64,000 nt of DNA from Basidiobolus meristosporus CBS 931.73 (Eukaryota; Fungi; Basidiobolomycota): positions 784 to 64,783 of the forward strand of contig MCFE01000511.1 of the NCBI GenBank assembly GCA_002104905.1. Reading direction: 5' to 3'. Both the position numbers and the translations under genes were made by a program. The notes below the pieces were generated by a model. It did not search any database, was not told the DNA's origin, and saw nothing but the letters and a program-made list of their open reading frames with translations. Below are positions 12,785-24,449 of the stretch, in pieces; the first letter of the stretch is position 1, and every line of letters begins with the position of its first letter.

Positions 12785-15700
12785 AATGCAGTGTTGGGAT
12801 TTCTAGGATTGGCCGGCTACTATTGCCGCTTTGTCAAAAACTTTGCAACAATAGCTGCCCCCCTATACAAGTTAACGCAAAAAGGCCAGTGTTTTGTACG
12901 GTTGGAGCCTCAAAAGAGAGCATTCAATCAGCTGAAACATTCCCTGACATCACTGCCAGTGTTACATTTTCCCAATTGGGATGCAGGATTTTTTATTAAC
13001 TGTGATGCAAGTCTCACTGGTATAGGCACCGTACTGGGACAATACCACCAACCCGGCAAATTCCACCCAATTGGTTATGATTTATTGTTAAGGGATAGCC
13101 TCCCTTATATACTTTTCTCACTGGCTAAGTGATTTCTAATCATGGTATTCCAGAAGGTTCCGGATATCAATAGAAATCTTAATGACATCAGAAATACCTA
13201 AGAATGTTCCAAGTAGGTGCTGGAAGGTTCTAAGAGGCACAGCACATCCAACCAATCAGGAGTCAGTATTCTGAAACCTGTGTAACATAGGAATACCATA
13301 TATGGTAGGGATGGTGACATGGGTTGATCATGTGTCATGGGTACTGGTGCGGGTACTTGCCTAATATAGAAGTACTTATAGCTAGTAATCCTACATAAAG
13401 TGAGGGGTAACTTATGCAATAAGGTAAGCAGGTGTGATAGTCAACCGGCTTGTGGGATAGTACTGATCAGGTAAGACAAATGGGATAAAACTAAAATAAG
13501 TGTAGTAGAGATATAGTGAAGTAGAAAATATGGGAATGATTACATTTGTCAGTAGGTGTCACTGTCACCCCACTACACCGGAGTCAGAAGATAGGGACAA
13601 CCGCACCAATACCACTTGACCTACACCTCCATTGGGTAGGGATTGACTTTGTTGGCCCCTTTAGGAAAACAAAGAAAGGAAAACAATACATAGTAATTGC
13701 TACCAATTATTTCTCAAAGTGGGTAGAAGCCCAAGCTGTCTGAAATAAAGACCAGAAGACAACCACCCAATTCATTCTAGAACACCTCATCTGCTGGCAC
13801 AGATATCCTCAGATACTCCTGTCCAACAATGGTGGCTCCTTTCTGAACAACACCATGGCCCATTTGTGTGAAATGATGGGTGTGAAACAGGTCTTCACAA
13901 CCGCATATCACCCCCAGACCAATGGATTAACCAAGAGGATGAACCAGATGTGTTGCCACATACTAGAGAAGCTCCACTGGGAACATCCCCAATCATGGGC
14001 CAAGCTACTCCCACTGACACTCCTAGCAATGCGTATGATACCAAATAAAACAGCAGGTTTCTCCCTGTACAAAGTTCTGTATGGACAAAGGCCCAAGTGG
14101 CGTGAAGAAGCTGGTTTGACAATGGAAGGTGTCCCCTTGACAACACATAACAACTATGTAGAAAGGTTGATACACCATATTGCCCACCTATACCTAAAAG
14201 TATTCAAAAATGTTGACAAGCACCTTCCCCCTCCACCCAAAAAGGAGAAACTAACAAGACAAAAGTAAAAACCAGGCAATAAAGTGTGGTACAATCAAAC
14301 TGTTGCAGGCCTCAAGTTTTGCCCACAATTTACACCCCAATGGATTGGCCCTTGCACCGTTATTAGTTTGGACCATGGACCAAAGTACACCATCACCCTG
14401 AGCAATAAGACAATCAGCAACGTAGCACCAGCCCATCTGAAACCAAAGTGTGATTAAACAATTATCAGGAACAAGGATAGAGGAAGACACAGGATACATA
14501 CAAAGTTTATTAGAGGAGATTTTAGTCAATAAAGGTACAAATGATATGTGCAAGGAGGTTTGCCCAAAGGGGAGAACAAAAGAATGCATATGGAAAGCAA
14601 CAAAGGAAACAGTTCACCCAATATTGGCAATACCCTCCCACAAGCAAGAACCAAGATGATATCAAAAACAAAACTGACCTGCAAGTGTTGAGAGATATGG
14701 TGTGAGTGTTACATGCAACAAGAGCCACCTATGAAGAGTTGTTTACTGAGCAGTCACATTGATACAAGACACAATCAGAGAGGGACAAGACAAATTACCT
14801 ATGCCAATACAAAGCATGGAGATACTACCCAAGAAGACCGTGTACCACCTAAGAGGAGGTTCCTTGATCATTAAGGAGAAGGATGCCACACTGATTCCTG
14901 TATCCATACTGGACACAGTCAGACAGAAGACACAAGGAATCAACTGTTGTGCCCTCACAAGACCTGGAGAGCCCCCTTGTTTTGTTGCACACTTGCCATC
15001 AATAGATACCATGGTTGTTGAGGTATACACAGACCTAGTACAAGCAGCAAGAGCACCAGAAGTAGAACTCCCAATTGAAGGACTCCTCCAAGAAATTGCA
15101 AACATCTCAAACTGCATTTCTAAGAAGGAACCATCTTAGAGAAGATACGCAAACGGATTTAATACACCAGCCAGTTAACCCACGCAATCCACTGAGTTGC
15201 TGTGTTACAACTATTACAGTGGTTTACTATAGGACAACTCAGGAACCAGTACAAAGTCCAACTCCAAGAAGCCAAAGAAACCACCACAGACTCTGTAGAA
15301 ACCATGAGGCAAGTATAAAAGTGCCTCAACTGTGCCACAGTTTCTATGGAAGAACTACAATACATCTTTGAAGAAGCAAAAACTTGTTATTGACAATGGG
15401 TGACTGCCAGCCAAGTGTATGCCCTCTTGAAAGGTCCCCCACCATAATATAGAACACAAAAAGGACAAGCCCCAACAACATTTGCAAGATAAAGAAGCAA
15501 GACTTTATTGCGCTATTGCACCTTTTCTTGTTCTCCAACCCTCCCCAGGAACTTACCCAGAACCCTATGGTTTGTCAACTATTTGGCTCTGTGGAAAATA
15601 TCCCTTGAGCAATGCAAGCCGCACCCCACTCTGTCGCCAAATGGTACCAGGTATTTGCCCACAACCCCCTTGCAAGTGACAACCAGCAATGGTACTATGG

Positions 15701-16144
15701 TGACTCCCCATGCTCCGTGAACAAAATTAACCCTGGAGAAGTGAGTTAGTCAAAGAACTTCAAGGACAAAGCTCCCTCTTAACCCCCAGGATATGTGAGT
15801 ACTAAATGCAGTACCCACTCTTTGCCCAAGAGTTCCACCCAGAGTCCTACCCAAAGTCCCCCAGTATCCTCTCTATGATTCCCCCATGCACCCTCCCTCC
15901 TATCCCTGCCCTTATCTAGTTAGAACACTTACCATAACAGGAAGGTGTTCACACCCCTATTTTATAACACATTGTCTATTATCTAAGCCCCCCCAAGTGA
16001 TATATATGTACCCAAGTGAACCAGGTGAAGGGGATTTGGACAGAATAAACACAAGTCTTTATTACCTTGCTACCTTCTATTGGAAGCTATTTTGAACCAA
16101 GTGGTACTGACTTGACCTACAAGCTCTCCCACTCACCAAGTACA
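12785..16144 (+). mobile_element. Fragmented Ty3/Gypsy relic (RT thumb/RNase H, integrase, downstream extra coding-like region, possible LTR)
   Basis: FLGLAGYYCRFVKNFATIAAPL...CDASLTGIGTVLGQ (12791..); WVGIDFVGPF, TTAYHPQTNGLTKRMNQ, QWIGPCTV; interrupted by LTR-like sequence at ~13090-13530; AATAAA and a ...TACA end near 16144. Confidence 0.75.
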
Positions 16145-16145
16145 G

Positions 16146-17994
16146 TCAGTGATAACCCACAGTATTGATGCCTTCTGAGCACTTGAAACATTGCCTAGCT
16201 TGTTTGTCATATGAACATCCCTTAGAAACATTATATTTGATTGGAATTGAGTACTTTAGGCCCAAAACAAGCTGATTTTTCACCAATTGGCTCATTTTCT
16301 GTTCCCCAATGTGTCCTAGCCTCCTATGCCACATCTCCCAGTTGGTTTCATCAGTTTCAGCAATGTTTACATACTCAGGTACAATGATCTTGCTTTGTAA
16401 CATGTATATATTGTGATCTCTGATTCCCAAAGCTAACTTTTGTTAATTTTTGTCCATTCTCACTCAATATTGAGCAGCTCATCTTAGTAAAAACAAATTG
16501 CAGTCCTTGAGCAGTTGCATTACTGACTGAGAGTAGGTTCTTAGCTATTCCAGGTACATAGAGTACGTCAGTGAGTCTTGCTGTTGTTGCCCCTGAGCTA
16601 TTGCTCATATTTAGTTGTATAGACCCACTTGCAGTAGCTTCCAGAGCAGAGTTATCTCTCAGATAAGCCTTTCTTACAGGAATAGTCTTTAAGTTGCTGA
16701 ACCACTCCTTTATACCACAAATATGCTGTGAGGTTCCAGAGTCAATATACCATTCATTACTTTGGTTACTTGCACTCTCTTGTACAGTCACAAATAACTG
16801 TACATCAGTAGTTATATGGTTTGCCTGCTCTAGTTTCTGTTTTTTGTCTGCTTGTTTCTTCTTGCATTCTATTGCCCAGTGTCCTGGCTTTTTACAATAG
16901 TTGCAGCAACCAGGTTTTCTTTGGTTTTGTTGCTTTCCCCTCTTTTCTGTGTGCCTTTCTGAGCTGAATAAAGCATTATCTTCAATTTTCTTTGCTTGAT
17001 CATTGAGTCTGAGGTCTTCATGGAGAAGTCTTCCTTTGACATAGTCTAAAGTCAAATTGTCTTCTCTGCTCTCAAAAGAGAGTATGAGTGGCTCATACTT
17101 GTCTGGTAGGCTGCAAAGCAGACAGAGTATCTTGTCTTCATTATCTACACCAGCATTAATACTGTTAAGTTCTTCTGCAAGTGTCTCCATTTTGGTAATG
17201 AGTTGTAGCATGTCATCATCTGGCTTCTTCCTCATGTTGAAGAACTTTAGTTTTCAATAAAGCTTGTTTGATACTGACTTTTCTCTAAAGATCTTCTCTA
17301 AGGATTCCTGTGCTGCTATGGCAGTATTTGTGGCATGGATTTGTCCAATGAAGAAATCTAGCACATTGATATATATGGCCTTAAACGCCTTTCTCTCCTT
17401 CTCTTGAAACCTCTCCACTTCTTCTGCTGTTCCTTTGGGCTCAACTCCTTTTCCTGTTACTATATTCCAAAGCTTCCTTTCCTCAAGGTAGATCTGCATC
17501 TTGATTCTCCAAAGTCTGTAGTTCTGTCCATCAAACCTCTACTTTACAGGGAAGATGTTTGTGTTGCTCTGTTTGCTGGTAGAAGCCATCTTTAGAATAG
17601 ATTAAGGCAATTGGGGCTCATAACCTGTTGCAATCTAAGAAGTGATTTGGATATAAGGAACTTATCAAGAAATAGTGATAATAGTTGAACTGTTGTTTTT
17701 TAGTAAAGAAGCTCCATATTTATACATTTGTAGAAGTAATACTGCTGTAACACTAAGTAAGGAGGGTTTCTCAATATTCAGGAGCATTCTGTAACAGTTT
17801 CAGGGTTAGTACATAATGGTTAGTATTAGTGCTAATTTGATCCTGTCTATAGGGGAATAATCATAATATCATAGATCTGGAGAAAGTGGCAAAGTTATAG
17901 CTGTAAATTAGTCCCACAGTGACCAAGACTAGTTCAGAATTGCTAAGTAAATTTTTAGCTGCAGAATGATACCAAATAGTCCAATATTTCAACA
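16146..17994 (-). mobile_element. Copia-B element, 5' part (LTR, PBS, gag-protease, GAG-pre-integrase)
   Basis: LTR 17626-17994 (TGTTG...CAACA); PBS GGTTATGAGCCCC at ~17613-17625; CNYCKKPGHWAIEC, WYIDSGTSQH, MWHRRLGHIG; protein clearly distinct from Copia-A. Confidence 0.9.
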
Positions 17995-18132
17995 ATTACT
18001 GGAACTTTTCCCTCTGCTTAAAAGTTGGATGGATCTAACTACCAAGTGTGGAAGGTGAAGATGAAGATGAAGATGCTGCTGTAACAAAGGGGCCATTAAG
18101 ACACTGTCATGGGAGAAGAACGCCCTCCTAAT
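17995..18132 (+). mobile_element. Old Copia-A gag, left part (host of Copia-A copy 2)
   Basis: Diverged gag start; continues in register at 22819. Confidence 0.8.
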
Positions 18133-21100
18133 TGTTGTAAAAATTTGTATTTCCACCTAAATATTCACCTAACTTAGTCACTTAGATCATCACCTTCAAA
18201 TCCTAGAGAATACTGACCAAATTCCTTGTCGGGATTTACTTAGAATATTTTCACCAAAATACCAGGTACCCAGAACATGAAAATTCTCAAAGTTGTCCAA
18301 ACAGCCCCAAACTTTGCACACATGTTCTTGGGACCTTCCTTAACCTATTCTACGTGTTTGTAATGCCAAGACCAGGTAAAAGTATAAATACCACTTTTAC
18401 ATTCAATAAATCATCAAGTGAAAAACACATAATCTACTTGTTCTCCAAATCACTTCCAATATCTCCAAGACTCTTACAACAGGTTAAGAGCCCCAAGCTG
18501 TCACTCTCTGCAATGTCTACTACTGCTATTACTGGAATTTTTCCCTCTGCTGAAAAGTTGGATGGATCTAACTACCAAGTGTGGAAGGTGAAGATGAAGA
18601 TGCTGCTGCAAGAAAGAGGCCTTTGGGATATTGTCATGGGAGAAGAATGCCCTCCTAAAAACGTGGGAGAGGAAGCCTTAAAGTACCAGAAGAAAGAACA
18701 AAGTGCCTTTAACTGCATTTGCCTTAATGTCAAGGACAAATTGCTAATTCGATGCTCAAGAGCAAAAACTGCAAAGAATGCCTGGAAGGCATTAGAAGAC
18801 GCCTACCAGTCATGTTCAGCTGCCAAGAAAATGTATCTGAGAAGAAAATTCTTTACTACAAAGATGCTGCCAGGAGAAGAAATGAAAAATCTAATTAACA
18901 GAATTACCCTGCTGGTAGATGAGATGGAATCTGTGGGCGTACCTACTACTGATGAGGATGTGATAGTTACCATCCTGAATAGCCTGACAGACAAGTTTCA
19001 GGGCCTTGTATCAGCCCTAGAGTCCAGAACTGAAGATTTGACCTTAAATTACGTATATGGAAGGCTCCTGGATGAAGAATTAAGAAAATCAAGCGCCAAT
19101 AAGAAGGAAGAAGAAAATGCTTTAATAAGCAATGATAACCAACAAAGGAGGTACCCAAGACCCTACAAAGGCAACAGCAACCTATTTTGCAACTACTGCA
19201 AAAGGAAAGGACACACATCAAACTGGTGTTTCAAAAAGAGAGATTATCAGCAAAAGAAGCCTGAATATGGAAATGCTGCAACAACTAAAGATAGACTACT
19301 CATATCTGCACTAAATATGACCACAAACAAGGATTCTCAGATGTGGTATATTGACTCTGGAGCTTCTCAACACTTTACACACCAAAAAGAACTTTTTACC
19401 CAATATCAAGAAATTCCAATTAAGAAGGTTTTCATGGGTGACAATAGAACACTTGATGCAGAGGGAGAAGGAACTATCCAAGTAAACCTTAGAAGCAGTG
19501 AAGGAAGCCATATACTGATCTTTAAAGAAGTACTCTATGTACCGGAAATAGCCAAGAACCTACTCTCTGTAAGCAAGGCCACAGCAGAAGGACTCAGTTT
19601 CAGTTTTGACAATTCTGGATGCAGGATCACTGATCAAAATGGTGCTCATATTGCTTTGGGCATCAGAGATCAGAATCTATACAAGTTGACTTATATTCCA
19701 TCATATCTGGAAGCTAATATAAGTAACTTAAATGAAGAAACACCAATGCTTTGGCACAGGAGATTTGGGCACATCAATTTTGATTATTTGCGCAAAATGA
19801 TCAAAGATCAGCTAATTTCGGGAGTGAAAATTGATCCCCCAGCTAATTTGGAGCACTGTGAAGCCTGCATATATGGGAAAACAAGCCAGACAACCGTTCA
19901 AGAGCTCTGGGTTAATCAAAACTAAGAAAAAATTAGATCTAATTCACTCAGATCTGTGTGGACCTATGCAAAATTTATCCTTAGGCAGGATGAAGTATTT
20001 AATCACTTTTATTGATGATTATACAAGATACACATGGGTCTACTTCATGGAGAGAAAGGAAGAAGCTCTGTCTAAGTTCAGGGAGTTTAAAGCCATGGTG
20101 GAGAGAGAAACTGGTGAAAAAATCAAGAAAATACGCTCTGACAATGGTGGAGAATATACCTCAAAACTCTTCATCCACTTCTGCAAAATTCATGGGATAA
20201 AGCAAGAGACTACTGTACCATACTCCCCACAGCAAAATGGAGTAGCAGAACGAGCTAACAGATCAATAATTGATATGGCAAGATCTATGATCCATGATCA
20301 AAAATTATCCTATGATTTTTGGGCAGAATCAGTTGCCACTGCTGTATACCTTAAAAATAGGAGTTATAACCAAATACTTTGTGATTCTACTCCATTTGAA
20401 GCATGGTATGGATACAGACCAAGTGCAGAACATCTAAGAATATTTGGGTGCACAGCATATGCCAAAAAACTGGCCGGAAATCAGTCAAAATTTGAGCCAA
20501 AAAGTGTAAAATGCATATTTTTAGGCTACTGCAATGAGAGTAAGGCATACAGACTCTACAATACCAAAGCAAAGAAGCTTATCAAGTCCAGGGATGTGTT
20601 GTTTGATGAAAATTCAAAATTTTCACAAAAAATGACATCAGATGATGACGAAAATTTGATCTCAAGTCCACCAATTGTCAGGATTGAATCAGAGCAAAAC
20701 AATGATAATTTTTTCACTCTAGAGGACTCTACAACCATGGTTCAGCCAGAATCAGTGCCCAGGAATATCCCAGAAGTGATCATTCCAGTATCAAATGCCC
20801 AGAGATCAAATTGGACAAGAAATAACCCAAATTATTATATTAATGAGGGTACAAACTTAGCCTATGCCTATTCAGTCCATATTGATGAACCCCAGACTGT
20901 AAAAGAGGCCCTAAATAGCCCTCAGACAAAGGTTTGGAGATCTGCAATGACTGAGGAATATCAGGCCCTGATGGAAAATCAAACTTGGGACTTAGTCAAA
21001 TTACCAATCAACCAAAAATCAATTGGATGCAGATGGGTCTTCAAGACAAAGTACAAGGCTGATGGTACAATTGAAAGACACAAAGCAAGACTTGTAGCCA

Positions 21101-22818
21101 AAGGATACTCTCAAATAAAAGGACTTGACTATACTGAGACCTTTGCACCGGTAGCCAAGTTTAATTCCATCAGATTAATATTGGCTATTGCAGCCAAATA
21201 TAAGTATTTTATTCATCAAATGGATGTAAAAACTGCATTTTTGAATGGAGAACTTGATGAGGATGTGTATATGGACCAGCCTGATAGGTTTGCTGACCAA
21301 GACAACCCCCATTTGGTCTGCAAGCTTAAAAGTCACTATATGGTCTCAAACAATCACCAAGAGCCTGGAATTGCAAGATAGATTCTTATTTGGAATCTTT
21401 GAGTTTCAAAAGGAGTAATGCTGACTATAGTATATACTATAAGCCAGATAGAGCAAATCCAGTTCTATTAGCTCTATATGTGGATGATCTTATTATAGCC
21501 ACCAATAACCTAGAAACATTGGAAGAGACTAAATCCAGCCTAACTAAGGAGTTCAAGATGTCCGATCTAGGAGAACTCAGTTACTACTTAGGGATTAAGT
21601 TCTCCATAGACAGAAGTATCCAGACTATTACCCTAAGCCAATCCAAGTATATTCAAGATATACTAAAGAAGTACAAAATGGAAGACTGTAAACCGGCAGC
21701 TACCCCAATGGAGACAAACCTTAACTTGGTCAAAACTCAACCAAATCAAGAGAGCTTGGTGCCATCTGAAAGCCCTGACTTTCCTTATCAATCTATGGTC
21801 GGCAGTCTGATTTATATCATGCTTGGAACACGTCCAGATATCTCATATTCAGTGGGAGTTGTCAGCCAACATAATCAGAATTATGGATCTGATCATATTG
21901 CGGCAGTTAAGCGGATTTTTAGATACCTAAAAGGAACTGCTGATATCTGCTTAAGATACACTTATAAGGATTCAGAACAGGATCTTGTAAGATACTCTGA
22001 TGCTGATTGGGGACGAAATTTAGAAGACAGAAGATCCACCCCAGGATACACCTTTCTTTACTGTAAAGGAGCCATTTCATGGAATTCAAGAAAGCAATCA
22101 ACCGTAGCACTTTCAACTACAGAGGCAGAGTATATGACAGCCTGTGAAGCTACAAAAGAAGCAATATGGTTAAGAAAGCTCTTTGCAGATTTAGGCCTAT
22201 GTCAAAAAACGCCTATTACTTTATTTCAAGATAATCAAGGATGTATACAACTAGGTAGAAATCCAACTTTTCATGCTAGAGCCAAGCACATAGATATTAG
22301 ACATCATTTCATACGTGAAGCTATAGAGAATAACTTAGTTAGCTTAGTTTACTGTCCTACAGATGAAATGATTGCAGACATATTTACCAAACCATTAGCT
22401 AGAGACAAGTTTGAATATCTTAGGTCAAAATTAGGACTAGTCAGTATGAACATTTAGCTGAGTGGGAGTGTTGTAAAAATTCGTATTTTCCACCTAAATA
22501 TTCACCTAACTTAGTCACTTAGATCATCACCTTCAAATCCTAGAGAATACTGACCAAATTCCTTGTCGGGATTTACTTAGAATATTTTCACCAAAATACC
22601 AGGTACCCAGAACATGAAAATTCTCAAAGTTGTCCAAACAGCCCCAAACCTTGCACACATGTTCTTGGGACCTTCCTTAACCTATTCTACGTGTTTGTAA
22701 TGCCAAGACCAGGTAAAAGTATAAATACCACCTTTACATTCAATAAATAATCAAGTGAAAAACACATAAGCTACTTGTTCTCCAAATCACTTCCAATATC
22801 TCCAAGACTCTTACAACA
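18133..22818 (+). mobile_element. Ty1/Copia LTR retrotransposon, Copia-A copy 2 (young, nearly intact)
   Basis: LTRs 18133-18481 and 22469-22818 differ by 5 substitutions and 1 indel by my count; 5-bp TSD CTAAT/CTGAT; gag-pol is broken only by two 1-nt shifts in A runs. Confidence 0.97.
18513..22457 (+). pseudogene. gag-pol polyprotein of Copia-A copy 2 with two frameshifts (~19875, ~21325)
   Basis: ATG at 18513; ORF-track pieces 18354..19925, 19831..21381 and 21390..22457 join into gag-PR-IN-RT-RH (LYVDDL; SDADW). Confidence 0.88.
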
Positions 22819-23628
22819 CTGATAACATGGGAGAGGAATCCTTAAAGTACCAGAAGAAAGAACAAAGTGACTTCAATAGCAATTGCCTTAATGTCAAAGA
22901 CAAGTTGCTAATTCAATACTCAAATGGAATATGGCAAAGAATGCCAGGAAGGCATTAGACAATGCCTACCAGTCATGTCAAGCTTCCAGGAGGATGTATC
23001 CTAGACAAAAATTCTTTGCTACAAAGCTGCTGTGAGGAGAGGAAATAAAAAATCTAATTAATAGAATTACCCTGCTGTAACATGGGATGGAAATTGTCAG
23101 CATACAAACTACTGATGAAGATGTAATAGTCACCATCCTGAATAGCCTGACAGACCAGTTTCAGGGTCTTGTTTCAACCTAGAGTGCAGAACTGAAGATT
23201 TGACCTTATATTATGTATATGGAAGGCTCCTGGATGAAGAATTCAGAAAATCAAGGGCAAACAAGAAGGAAGAAGAAAATGATTTAATGTGCAATAATAA
23301 CTAACAAAGAAGATACTAAAAACCTTTTAAAGGCAATACCAATCTGTTATGCAACTACTGCAAAAGGAAAGGACACATATCAGACTAGTGCTTGAAAAGT
23401 CAGACAGTCAGCAGAAAAGCCTGAATGTGGAAATGCTGCAACAACTGAAGATAGACAAATCATATCTGCACTAAATATTGCCGCAAACCAGGATTCTCAG
23501 ACAGAATATATTATACATGGAGCATCTCAACACTTACACACCAAAAAGAACTTTTTTCCCAATATCAAGAAATTTCAATTAAGAAGGTTTTCATGGGTGA
23601 CAGTAGAACACTTGATGCAGTGGGGGAA
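22819..23628 (+). mobile_element. Old Copia-A gag/protease, right part
   Basis: Diverged, stop-rich continuation of 17995-18132. Confidence 0.8.
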
Positions 23629-23629
23629 G

Positions 23630-24036
23630 AATCCCAATAATAGCAGTAGCAGACATTGCAGAGAGTGTCAGTTCAGGGCTCATAACCTGTGGTAAGAGTC
23701 TTGAAGATATTGGAAGTGATTGGGTGAACAAGTGGATTATGTAGTTTTCTCTTAATGGTTCATTGAATGTAAAGGTAGTATTCATACTTTTACATGGTCT
23801 TGGCATAAAAGACATGTAGAATAGGCTTAGGAAGGTCTAAAGTACATGTGTGCAAAGTTTGGGGCTGCTTGGACAACTTATCTAATTTTCACATTCTGGG
23901 TACCTGATATTTTGGTGAGAATATTCCAAGTAGATCTCAGCCAGGAATTTGGTCAGTATTCTCTAAGATTTGTAGGCAATGGTTCAAGTGACTAAGTTGG
24001 GTGAATATTTAGGTGGAATTCCAAATTTTTCCAACA
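23630..24036 (-). mobile_element. Old Copia-A 5' LTR (23688-24036), PBS and gag start
   Basis: 349-bp diverged LTR followed by GGTTATGAGCCCTG. Confidence 0.8.
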
Positions 24037-24449
24037 AAAACCACATGATCTACATATTTCTCAATCACTTCCAACATCTTGAAGACTCCTTCAACAGTTA
24101 GATCTCCAAGACAATTGCAATATGCAAGCCATAGGATCCATTAGGTTAGTTTGGTGATCAAAAATCCTCCAAGACTTGATTGCTACCTGAGCAAGCAGAC
24201 TCCAAGGCCAATGATTTGTTTAGCGGTCAGTCAGACAGATACCCAAGACATAGGAATGGTGTGAGTGTAGAACCGGATGTTTTCGGTGGTATGCACCACG
24301 TTCTTATACTTTAAGCTCACGGAATATCTGCTGGATGATACTAGTGGGTGTTGGGATTTCTGAGAGGGGTCGAGTCTTTGACTACCACTTTAATGGGATC
24401 CCTTCCAACCGCCCAAAGCTGACAATTCAGCTCTCTGGGTCACCACGCT

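Noticed and set aside
18207-18512. About 100 stop-free codons in the Copia-A LTR in frame with gag (LTR-encoded extension)
   Set aside because: No in-frame ATG; the TATA-like TATAAAT lies inside it; the diverged LTR at 23688-24036 has two in-frame stops and the 3' LTR of copy 1 has one.
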